Of a stretch of DNA of 61,592 bases, positions 8,977-17,451 are shown one piece after another. Position numbers and translations under genes: made by a program. The stretch is from a virus (taxonomy: Duplodnaviria > Caudoviricetes). The stretch covers positions 1-61,592 of IMG/VR virus record IMGVR_UViG_3300044629_000651; one strand, 5' to 3'. Each line of letters begins with the position of its first letter. Position 1 is the stretch's first letter. The notes under the pieces were generated by a model. That model was not told the origin of the DNA. It made no database searches and saw only the letters and a program-made list of their open reading frames with translations.

Positions 8977-10596
8977 TCAAGCCGCCTGCAGGCGGGTTCG
9001 GCGACGAGCATAGCTTCTTTGGGGAGGGCTGTCACCCTCCTCATCGTCGTCTTCCTCATCCTCGGGGGTTTCCAGCATGAACATGCGCCGGGCGTAGTTC
9101 AGCGCCATCGTCACCGAGTCGACCGAGTCATCTTCCGGGCCGGCGGGGAACGCCGCACATACGTCGATCAGATTCCTCGCCCACTTCCTGTCGGGGTAAT
9201 ACACCACGCCTTGGGACAGCGGGATGGTGGCCGCGTCCGCGCGGCTGTACTTGGTTCCCAGCGGCTTGATGGGCGACACGGGGATACCGCGCCGGCGGAA
9301 TTCTTGGTAGAGCGGGATACCGCTCGACGCCTTTTCCACGATGATCCGGTCGGGCTTGTATTCCTTGTACGATGCCAGCGCGTTCTCCAGCAGATCGGGG
9401 AAGTCCAGCTTGTGCAGGGTGTATTCGATGACCATCAGGCACAGCCGCCCGTCGGACGGGCGCTTGAACACCCCCCACGTTGTCCGCGCCGTGAAGTCGT
9501 TGTGCTCCGCCGTCTCCGATGCCACGTCGTAGGACTGGAACACATAGGTCATCGTCGGCAGTTCTTTGCTGCTCGGCCACATCTGCCACCACTCCGCGCG
9601 CAGCAGCCCGCCTTCTTCGGCCACCGGGGATTGGAGGTACAGCGCCGACCACGCGCGCGGACTCATCGTGGAGCCGTTTTTGGTCCGCATCAGGTCGAAG
9701 ATCGGGAACCGCCGGGGGGCGTAGGAATCCCCCGCCTTGAAGGTGATCGGATCGTCTTGGAGGTACTTGCGGTATTTCGGGTCGTGGCTGATGCGGGTGA
9801 GCAGCGCGGCAGCGGGTTCGTCGAGGATAGCCGGGATGGACAGTACGTCCCATTTGTCGGCATCGGGGTTGATTGCCTGCTGCGCCAGCAGCCGGCCCGA
9901 GAGGTCGTCGACCGCCCAGCGGGTATTGATCAGGATGATGGCACTGCCTCGCCCGGTGACGTAGTCCCGGGGCATCTGCCGAGAGTAGAAGCCGGGGCCA
10001 TACCACTGCCACACCGCCTCCTTGGCCGTGCGGCTGATCGCCGTCTTTTCGTTCAACAGGTCGTCGAGGATGCCCAGCGCGAAGCCCTTGCCCGCGATAC
10101 CAGTATCGACGCCGGCGGTACTGTACTTGCCGTTTTGCGTGGTGGCCCATGCGGAGACGCTGCGACTGTCCTTGGACAGCTTGGTGTTGGGGAACACCTC
10201 GGCGTACTCTGCCGTTGTCAGCAGGTTTCTGGATTCCCGACCAAAACCCTCGGACATCGTGGCGCTGTGACCGACCTGCATGATTTGCTTGGATGCGTTG
10301 TGGCCGATGAAGTACGTCGGGAAGAACACCGACGCCATCTGCGACTTGCCGGTACGGGGTGCCACGAACAGCATCAACCGGTCAATGTCGCCGTCCGCCA
10401 CCGCCTGCAGTCGTTCGGCAATGGCGATGTGGCACTCCTCGATGACGAACCAAGGAGCGATGTGGTTGATGTAGTCGAGGAAGGTGTGCCCCCGCTTTCG
10501 CAAGGTGTTTCTGCGCAGGTACTCCTGCACCACGACGCGCTCGTCGGCGGCAAGGAGGGAGAGATCGAAGTCCGCAATGGTGTCAGCGGGGGTCAC
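8977..10596 (-). CDS. terL: Terminase large subunit
   Basis: Walker A APRTGKS, Walker B ILDD, coupling motif TRW, nuclease SYD and C-terminal DDSVD. Confidence 0.92.
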   Translation of the reverse strand: MTPADTIADFDLSLLAADERVVVQEYLRRNTLRKRGHTFLDYINHIAPWFVIEECHIAIAERLQAVADGDIDRLMLFVAPRTGKSQMASVFFPTYFIGHNASKQIMQVGHSATMSEGFGRESRNLLTTAEYAEVFPNTKLSKDSRSVSAWATTQNGKYSTAGVDTGIAGKGFALGILDDLLNEKTAISRTAKEAVWQWYGPGFYSRQMPRDYVTGRGSAIILINTRWAVDDLSGRLLAQQAINPDADKWDVLSIPAILDEPAAALLTRISHDPKYRKYLQDDPITFKAGDSYAPRRFPIFDLMRTKNGSTMSPRAWSALYLQSPVAEEGGLLRAEWWQMWPSSKELPTMTYVFQSYDVASETAEHNDFTARTTWGVFKRPSDGRLCLMVIEYTLHKLDFPDLLENALASYKEYKPDRIIVEKASSGIPLYQEFRRRGIPVSPIKPLGTKYSRADAATIPLSQGVVYYPDRKWARNLIDVCAAFPAGPEDDSVDSVTMALNYARRMFMLETPEDEEDDDEEGDSPPQRSYARRRTRLQAA

Positions 10597-11348
10597 TTCT
10601 TTGCTGCTTTCCGGGACATCGCCAAAAGCACTTCAGGGTTGGCAAGATGCCGCGCAAGCGCTTTCTCCGCGATCTTCGCCTTTGTCTCTGCCGACATCGC
10701 CCGCCTTGGCCGCTGTCGAAGTTTCTCCTTCCCTTCGGGCGTAGAAAAATACGCCCGTAACGTCTCCGCCCGCTTTTGGTTTGATTCCTCCGAGTTGGTT
10801 TTCCCCCGGTTACCAGCGGCGATGCGCTCCTTCCGTAGCTGGTTTGTCGCAAAACTCCGTTGCTGCGACGCCCGCATACGGGCCAGTGTCTGCTCTGAAA
10901 ATGTACGCCCCTTGAGTTTGCTGCGGAGGTTCGCCACTATCGACGGGTCAGCGGCGATCTGCGCTTTGCGTGTCGCACTCTTTTTCGCCTTCGTTTCCGC
11001 CGACACGATGCGCCCCTTTCCCGCTTCGGCTATTCGTTTCCGTGTCGCCTCGGTAGGGACGTACCCACTCGCCCCCTCACCGCCGTCCGTCAAGTTGCAC
11101 AACTCAACGCCCATGCGCCGCAAACACTTGATCAGCCCTTTCTCCAATTCGAATGCAATAGCTTCCGAGGAACAGTCGCGCTTACCCACCAAGATGCTAC
11201 TTGTGCCGTACTTCCCTGTAACGTGCTTGTGCCAAGCGGTTCGGTCGTGCATGTTGTGCGCGCGCCGCCCATGCCCTTTCCCCACATAGAATGGGGTTCC
11301 ATCGGGGCGGCAGTGGATGTAGGCGTAGAACGCTTTACTCGGCGTCAT
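10593..11348 (-). CDS. Free-standing GIY-YIG homing endonuclease with NUMOD3-like repeats
   Basis: FYAYIH...PFYVGKG..RR, N-LTDGGEG, repeated SAETKAK/SEESNQK motifs; inserted between terS and terL. Confidence 0.85.
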   Translation of the reverse strand: MTPSKAFYAYIHCRPDGTPFYVGKGHGRRAHNMHDRTAWHKHVTGKYGTSSILVGKRDCSSEAIAFELEKGLIKCLRRMGVELCNLTDGGEGASGYVPTEATRKRIAEAGKGRIVSAETKAKKSATRKAQIAADPSIVANLRSKLKGRTFSEQTLARMRASQQRSFATNQLRKERIAAGNRGKTNSEESNQKRAETLRAYFSTPEGKEKLRQRPRRAMSAETKAKIAEKALARHLANPEVLLAMSRKAAKK

Positions 11349-11865
11349 AGGTAATCCCCTCCGGTGCGGGCGGCTTGGGGGTACGTTTAAGGACAAGTTG
11401 CATGACGCGCATCTCAAGTTCCCCGTCAGACATAGCTTTTACCAGCTGCGCCATGTCCGCCAAGGACTCGGGGGCCCCCTTCCCCACAGACGCCGCCGGA
11501 TTGTCTAGCCCCGCCCACTTAACCGTACTCTGAATCAATGAAGCCCGCACAGCGGCGGGGGTTTGGTCGCTCGACGCCATCCGATACACCATGTTCAGGT
11601 ACAACTCGGCTTGGCTGGCGGCTTTTTTGCGAAAACTCCACCCTTCCGTCTGCATTTCCTCGCGGAGCGTGTCGTATTCCTTGCGAAACGCGGGGTTGGC
11701 AAGGATTTTCTTGAATTGCTCGGGGGCTAGGTGGTAGGAATCGAGGATTTCCTGCAGTGTGCCGACTTCCAGCACGAGATCGAGTGACAACCCACGGGGG
11801 TAGGGTGCCTTTTCCGAGGGATCGGTCGGCAGGTTGAGCGAATCAATGAAATCGGAGGGGGTCAT
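11335..11865 (-). CDS. Putative terminase small subunit
   Basis: 176 aa helical protein upstream of TerL; assigned on position only. Confidence 0.55.
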   Translation of the reverse strand: MTPSDFIDSLNLPTDPSEKAPYPRGLSLDLVLEVGTLQEILDSYHLAPEQFKKILANPAFRKEYDTLREEMQTEGWSFRKKAASQAELYLNMVYRMASSDQTPAAVRASLIQSTVKWAGLDNPAASVGKGAPESLADMAQLVKAMSDGELEMRVMQLVLKRTPKPPAPEGITYDAE

Positions 11866-12053
11866 TGGTCGTTGCAGCCCTTATAGACCGAGTAGTGGCG
11901 CTTGATCCGCCCCGTCCGCATCCGCCACGCCTGCCGCTTTTCGTTTTCGCACGCTTTGCAGTACCCCCGCCGACCATCCTTGCGGGTTTTGTCCGGGCAG
12001 AAGCACGTCTCCGGGAGGAGTTGGTCGCAGTTTGGGCAGTTCTTGTAATTCAT
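11862..12053 (-). CDS. Small Zn-finger protein
   Basis: CPNC...F..DK..KDG...YCKAC, like the N-terminal Zn domain of endonuclease VII-type HNH proteins; ATGA-coupled to terS. Confidence 0.65.
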   Translation of the reverse strand: MNYKNCPNCDQLLPETCFCPDKTRKDGRRGYCKACENEKRQAWRMRTGRIKRHYSVYKGCNDQ

Positions 12054-12058
12054 GGGGC

Positions 12059-12087
12059 ACTGTAACGTACAACGGAAGTACCGTCAA
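12059..12087 (-). promoter_or_regulatory. Sigma70-like promoter for the packaging operon
   Basis: TTGACG-17 nt-TACAGT on the minus strand. Confidence 0.65.
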
Positions 12088-12206
12088 GCGATTTTAGGAA
12101 AGGAGGTACAGGAAGAGGAATGGACGTACTGAAGGTGAATTGGCTGCTGGGAATCGGGCGATTTTAGAAAGGGACGTACTGAGAGAGGAATGGCTGCTGG
12201 GAATCG
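12088..12206. repeat. Imperfect direct repeats in the divergent intergenic region
   Basis: GCGATTTTAG x2, GGACGTACTGA x2, TGGCTGCTGGGAATCG x2. Confidence 0.8.
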
Positions 12207-12343
12207 ACGCGGACCCTTTCTAAGCCCGGAGGCCGACCGACTTGCCCGCCCCCCGTGGGTGGGGGGTAGGGGGCGGGGGTAGCGAAAGACCATCAAAGGC
12301 CGGCGGCTTGCGTAAAATACTTGGGAAACTGTAGCGAAAAGAC

Positions 12344-12372
12344 TTGACTTCTATCCTAGTAGAGAGTAAAGT
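12344..12372 (+). promoter_or_regulatory. Sigma70-like early promoter
   Basis: TTGACT-17 nt-TAAAGT upstream of the first plus-strand gene. Confidence 0.7.
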
Positions 12373-12473
12373 TCAGTCATCGGTTGGATTCAACCGGATT
12401 CGGGGTTCACCGCTCTTTCTTACTGCTAGTGCCGCATGGGGCTTTCCATGCACTAATGTTCTAGGAGAACATT

Positions 12474-12770
12474 ATGGCCAAATCGGCCCGTAACACGTCC
12501 GGCGCGACGCAAACCGCCACCACGGTCTGGACCACGGTCCAGTTTTCCTCGGCTCAGGGCAAAGCGCTCAAGGCCAAGCTGACGCAGATCAACGCGGAAG
12601 CCAAAGAGGTCAAGGCCGAGATCGAAGCGCTTGCGCTGTCGGTTCTGCCTGCCCCGCCAAAGGGCTTCGAAGTGGTGTTCTCACACCGTTTCGGTCTGGG
12701 CTACGCTGTCGTGCCGATCAAGGCTGACGACGGCAAGGCCAAGACGGTCAAGTCCGGTCCGGCGATCTAG
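12474..12770 (+). CDS. Early hypothetical protein
   Basis: 98 aa, AGGAG RBS, host-like codon bias. Confidence 0.75.
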   Translation: MAKSARNTSGATQTATTVWTTVQFSSAQGKALKAKLTQINAEAKEVKAEIEALALSVLPAPPKGFEVVFSHRFGLGYAVVPIKADDGKAKTVKSGPAI

Positions 12771-12813
12771 TAGAAAACCCCGGGGCGCAAGCCCCGGCCC
12801 CGGGGCCAAAACT

Positions 12814-13038
12814 ATGATCAACATCAAAACCGTTAGCGGCGGGTTTCTCGCCCCGCAAGCCGCAGCCAAAGTATCGGCTGCCCCCGTAGTCTGGTTGTGG
12901 CGCGCCACCTTCTCCCGTAGGGGAGTGGTGCAGCAAATCACCAGCCGTTCGTTCGAAGCGATGGCCATCATGGCAGAGATTCGGAAACGGAACGGCTGGA
13001 GCATGAGCGGGCGGATTAAGGTCCGCGCGCAGCAGTAA
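12814..13038 (+). CDS. Early hypothetical protein
   Basis: MINIKTVSGG..., 74 aa, bounded by GC hairpins. Confidence 0.55.
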   Translation: MINIKTVSGGFLAPQAAAKVSAAPVVWLWRATFSRRGVVQQITSRSFEAMAIMAEIRKRNGWSMSGRIKVRAQQ

Positions 13039-13045
13039 GCAGTAC

Positions 13046-13070
13046 CCCGGGGCGACCGCCCCGGGTTTTT
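13046..13070 (+). terminator. Intrinsic terminator-like hairpin
   Basis: CCCGGGGCG-AC-CGCCCCGGG-TTTTT. Confidence 0.7.
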
Positions 13071-13084
13071 CTCTGGAGGTTGCT

Positions 13085-13225
13085 ATGTGGGAAGTGTTCT
13101 ATATCGACTCGCTGCTGCGCTACCGCGTGGCGTGCGAGTTCAAAACCCGAAAGGCTGCGAAGCAATTCTGCGAGCAGCACCCGGGGCACGGGTTCCGCAA
13201 TGCCGCAGCATGGCGAACCATGTGA
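13085..13225 (+). CDS. Small early protein (46 aa, not in the ORF track)
   Basis: GGAGG RBS; MWEVFYIDSLLRYRVACEFKTRKAAKQFCEQHPGHGFRNAAAWRTM; followed by a terminator. Confidence 0.65.
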   Translation: MWEVFYIDSLLRYRVACEFKTRKAAKQFCEQHPGHGFRNAAAWRTM

Positions 13226-13227
13226 CC

Positions 13228-13255
13228 AAGCCCGCTTTCGCGGGCTTTTTCTTTT
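13228..13255 (+). terminator. Intrinsic terminator
   Basis: AAGCCCGC-TTTC-GCGGGCTT-TTTCTTTT. Confidence 0.85.
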
Positions 13256-13289
13256 GTGCGGCGCACAACCATTTTCTACAATCGTTGGA

Positions 13290-14084
13290 AATCAACGACT
13301 TAGCTTTTTGGCGGCGGTTTTCTGTGCTTTTTTATGACGGAAGCCTATGGTTTTGGGGCGTGTGTTATGCTGTTGTGCTAGAAAACAGGGTGTTTTTCTA
13401 TGCGTCGTGGCATAAAAACAGCGCGGAAGCCCGTGGGCCAAGGGTTTGCGGGCGATTTGCATGGTGTTTTGGGTCGCTGCTGTTTTTGTAAGTGGTTGAT
13501 TTTAACCCCATTCGCCGGAGGCCAGCCGCTCGATTCCTTAGTACGCGCGCATAATACGCGCGACGAGGCCATGCTCCTCGCATATAGGGGACTTCGGCTG
13601 GAATGCCGGTGGCTCTAGGCAAGACAGCGTTCCATCTTTTTTTCTTGTGTTTCGGAGGCTGCACGGGAATGCCAACGAATCAATGACTTACAAAACGCCC
13701 GGTAAGTCTGCACATTTTTAGGGATCGCCAAGACCCGCGTGGCAGTAGGAAAACCTCTATATATATCTTTTAAAAGAATATATATATACCACTTTTAAAG
13801 TTGCTATCCGCTTTTTATTTTTAGGGGGGTAGGGGGTAGTTGACCCTAGGTACCCTGCCATCCCACTTTTATTTCCCACCCGCTCCTCAAAAAAAGTGCT
13901 CTTTCGTCACTTCAAAACAAGATAGCCACCCCCTCCGTCCTACTGCCACAACGATCTCCGCCATCTCTCGAAAATGCCCCATTTTCTATGCCATTTTTAA
14001 GTCATTGATTCCATGCATATACACAAAAATTTTTATGCATCGCGTCATATTTTCGAAAAAAATCCCTGAAAAATCAAGGGCTTA
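13290..14084. promoter_or_regulatory. Putative replication origin with five IHF boxes and an AT-rich palindrome
   Basis: WATCAANNNNTTR matches at 13290, 13489(-), 13678, 13998(-), 14072; TATATATATCTTTTAAAAGAATATATATATA at 13758-13788. Confidence 0.65.
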
Positions 14085-14168
14085 AAAACGCCGTCGATTT
14101 TCATCTTATACTGCCGACTCAAATTTGCGGTTCGGCATTGCCCCCTATAGGACAGGCAATCAACAAAA

Positions 14169-14766
14169 CTGCACTCCTGATCGGTCAGGAGAGAGGTACT
14201 TCTACCCGTAAAAAGCGTCGGTTACACGACGAACTGGGCCTTACGCACCGAACAAATCGAAACCAGCAACGCAGGACTCCCCTGAAGTAGGGGGTGTGGC
14301 AGCACTGTAAAGCGTAGGGCGCAGCATCAACGTGCCGGTCGGGAACAGCGAGACGATGGACTACGAAACAGAGACACACCCATTCAAAGACGTGCCGATG
14401 GGCATGGTGATAACAAAAAGGGGGACGAGACCGATGCTGGCAACTGCACCGAGCGGATAAACGCTTGTCTGTGGGACTGCATGGTGAGGAGAATTTCTCC
14501 AACCACCCATGATTCATCCACAGCTTCACTAAAACCGACTTTGGAGAGACCCCTTGATAGGGCAGAACTCTCGGACTTAACGGTGCAGAACTCATGGGAT
14601 TGATGGAAGAACCTGCTTCGTAGCACTGCATGGCATTCATGCCTAAACAGGAAGCACCAGTACCCCAATGCCTCAGTCCCCATTCTTAACCCCTGCCCAG
14701 TGGGGTTAAGACGTATATCGAAATTGGGCTAAAGAAGCATCCTCTAATGAAGTACTGGCCGTGCAG
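14169..14766 (+). ncRNA. Candidate large structured non-coding RNA (~600 nt)
   Basis: No credible ORF; more than 10 nested complementary segments, including helices pairing the two ends (see findings). Confidence 0.55.
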
Positions 14767-14799
14767 ACCCACGGAGAATCCACTAGGAGAACAGCCATC

Positions 14800-15021
14800 A
14801 TGGCTACCCAGACCCAAAGCATCACCCGCACCATCCTCACCCCGACCGTCGTCACCACCGACGAACTGCGCATCACCCTCAACCTCAAGACCCCCGAGGG
14901 CTGCACCAAGAACGAGGCGATCCGCTTCAACAACGAGCTCGTCCGCATCTGCAAGGCCCGTGGCTTCATCCCGATGGTCACCAAGAAGGACACCGTCGAG
15001 GACGACGCGGTTACCCAGTAA
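14800..15021 (+). CDS. Hypothetical protein
   Basis: AGGAG RBS; MATQTQSITR..., 73 aa. Confidence 0.75.
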   Translation: MATQTQSITRTILTPTVVTTDELRITLNLKTPEGCTKNEAIRFNNELVRICKARGFIPMVTKKDTVEDDAVTQ

Positions 15022-15105
15022 CCAGCAACACCGCACTACCCCACCCCCTCACCGGGGTGGGCGCTTCACCTACTACCCACTCATTCACAGATCAGGAGCC
15101 CCACC

Positions 15106-17427
15106 ATGCATTACGACCTGAACGACGAACGCAGCAACAACTTGCTGCACACCCTTGAACGGAGAATGTTTTTGTCCGAGCAAGAGGCCACCCGTACCGG
15201 ATCGTGGCTGTCCAGCAAGCCCAACACCCACAACTTCGACCCCTCCTACATCACCGAGGTCGAAATCACCCGCTGGCACGCCTTTCAGGCGCAGCAGAGC
15301 CGTGCCCAGCACTTCGTGTACCGGATTGAAAATCTCCGCAATCGTGTCGCTACCAACCTCTCCAAGCGCCTCGACCCGTACAAGAACGGACAGCGCAGCG
15401 CTACCTACCGCACCCGCATTCTCTGGACCCGCTGGGATGAGCGGTCGTTCCCGTTTTTCCGCCGCGACAGTGACAACCAGCGGGAACTGCACCACTACGG
15501 CCCCTTCCGCTCCCCACCGGAGCACCTCTGGCTTCCGGCCCGCAACTGGGTGGTGCGCAATGCCTACGCCAAAGCGGAAGGGTGGCTCAACACACGTCGC
15601 CAGTACCGTGAGACTGGCCGTGCCGTGGCCAAGCAACTCTCCATCCCCTGTGCCCTCTTGCGGCACGACAAGAACTCGTTCGTCGCACTCGAACACCTGT
15701 GGCAGATGATTCACGAGGGAAACCCCATGCACCGCATCACCGATATCATCTACGGCAAAGCGCCGCAGATTGCGGAAGCCAAGAACAACTTCGACCGCAA
15801 GGGGTACACCTACCTCGATATCCACATCCTGACCCACTCACAGCAACTCTCCAAGCCCCTCCCCGACCACCTCGTCACGCTGCTTGCCAGCCACCAACTG
15901 CACAAGTCCGACGACCCCAGCGACCCCACTAAGATTGCGTACGCACCATCGTTCGCCTATTTCGCCAAGGACAGGTTCATCCGCACTTCCCTTGGCAAGT
16001 ACCTGACCAAGTTCCTCGGCGATTACCTCACCGAGGAGCAAATCCGCACCGTGGCGAACACCTACAACGCTCGCAACAAGCCCCTCACCCTGCATCTCGT
16101 CCCGCCGACTGACCCGAACGGTTGGGAGTGGGTGTATGAGCACGGCACGAGCTTCACATCCTGCATGACCTACGACCGCAACGAACGCTACCTCATCGAG
16201 GAAGCCTGCGGCCTCAACCACCCTGTCCGTGCCTATGCCCACCCCAGCAGCAATCTCCACCTCGCCTATATCGGCGTCCCCGGCACGGAAGTCTGGGCCA
16301 GAACCATCGTCAACCCGACCAACAAAACCTACGTCCGAGTCTATGGGGATGATCGGATGTACAACCTGCTCCAGACACAGGGCTACACCGAGCACCGCAG
16401 GGACTGCTGCATCAACCAGCCCGTGTCCCTCATGCCCCGCAATAACCCCGACGATCCCCACGCGCTGTTCCTTCCGTACCTCGACTGGGGGCAGGTGACG
16501 TTCCTCGACGACAAGCGGGACAAGCTGGTGTTCATCGACAGCAGCATCCACGTCGGTGTCGGTGGCGGTTCCAACGGCACAGCATCCACCCGGTTCCTCC
16601 GCACCCTCGAAGATCAGCTTGCTACCCCGAAACCCTCCGAGGATGATGAGGATGAGGATGAGGATGAGGATGAGGATGATGATGAGAACATCTACTGCTG
16701 CGATGACTGCGGCGATGACGTGGATGAGGACGATACGACCTACATCGAATCCCACGACCACCGGGTGTGCAGTTCCTGCCTCGACAACAACTACCAGGAA
16801 GCTATCGTCAACCGCCGTGGCGGCACGGGTTGGATCCACGAGGACGATGCGGTCTACTGCGAGTCCAACGGCAACTACTACACGGACAGCGTTACGGACT
16901 ACCACGGTGTGCGGCACTGCGAGTCGCGGGACAGCTACTACCTTGAGGACGATATGGTGTATGTCAGCGGGCGCAGCGAGTGGGTTCATCAGGATGATGC
17001 TGTTCGACTGGACCACCCCACCACGGCAGGCGGCGACGACTACATCCACGAGGACGACGTGACCACGACCGCTGACGACTTGTCCATCCACGACGATGAT
17101 GCAGAGACGTGCGAAGTGACCCACAAGCGGTACTTCGCTCCGTCCATGTGGGAGATCGAGTGGAAGGACGAGACGACCGTCACTCACCCCCATGCCATTG
17201 CCCGCCGCCCCGAGTTGTTCAGCATCCTCCGCATCGAAGGGGAGTTTTACATTGTTGAACGAGGCCAGTCTATTGAATGCCCTCAGTTGCTGCCGTTCTT
17301 CGAAGCATTGGTTCACTACGGGTATCCCACGGAGTTCGCCAACGTCACCCTCCGCGACGACTGCGAGGGGGAGTCGGTCGACGACTTCATTGCACCGTTC
17401 GTTCTCGCTCTTTCCCTCGCCGCCTGA
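15106..17427 (+). CDS. Large hypothetical protein with Cys/Asp-rich Zn-ribbon-like C-terminal repeats
   Basis: 773 aa, AGGAG RBS; GKYL, SCM, ARTIV, RVYG, PYLD motifs; acidic linker; CxxC and CE repeats. Confidence 0.8.
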   Translation: MHYDLNDERSNNLLHTLERRMFLSEQEATRTGSWLSSKPNTHNFDPSYITEVEITRWHAFQAQQSRAQHFVYRIENLRNRVATNLSKRLDPYKNGQRSATYRTRILWTRWDERSFPFFRRDSDNQRELHHYGPFRSPPEHLWLPARNWVVRNAYAKAEGWLNTRRQYRETGRAVAKQLSIPCALLRHDKNSFVALEHLWQMIHEGNPMHRITDIIYGKAPQIAEAKNNFDRKGYTYLDIHILTHSQQLSKPLPDHLVTLLASHQLHKSDDPSDPTKIAYAPSFAYFAKDRFIRTSLGKYLTKFLGDYLTEEQIRTVANTYNARNKPLTLHLVPPTDPNGWEWVYEHGTSFTSCMTYDRNERYLIEEACGLNHPVRAYAHPSSNLHLAYIGVPGTEVWARTIVNPTNKTYVRVYGDDRMYNLLQTQGYTEHRRDCCINQPVSLMPRNNPDDPHALFLPYLDWGQVTFLDDKRDKLVFIDSSIHVGVGGGSNGTASTRFLRTLEDQLATPKPSEDDEDEDEDEDEDDDENIYCCDDCGDDVDEDDTTYIESHDHRVCSSCLDNNYQEAIVNRRGGTGWIHEDDAVYCESNGNYYTDSVTDYHGVRHCESRDSYYLEDDMVYVSGRSEWVHQDDAVRLDHPTTAGGDDYIHEDDVTTTADDLSIHDDDAETCEVTHKRYFAPSMWEIEWKDETTVTHPHAIARRPELFSILRIEGEFYIVERGQSIECPQLLPFFEALVHYGYPTEFANVTLRDDCEGESVDDFIAPFVLALSLAA
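16639..16686 (+). repeat. (GAGGAT)n in-frame microsatellite encoding a poly-ED linker
   Basis: EDDEDEDEDEDEDDDE. Confidence 0.9.
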
Positions 17428-17451
17428 CCCCCTACTTACAGGAGAGCTACC

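Noticed and set aside
6325-11289. Very long plus-strand ORFs (861 aa, 756 aa) antisense to portal and terminase
   Set aside because: Typical antisense shadows of GC3-rich genes; no RBS or motifs, R/H/V-rich composition.
10593-11348. Group I intron around the GIY-YIG gene
   Set aside because: The ORF overlaps both neighbours, leaving no room for an intron core; terL appears complete.
13260-14700. Short ORFs listed in the non-coding control region
   Set aside because: No RBS, atypical composition, and they overlap IHF boxes and structured elements.
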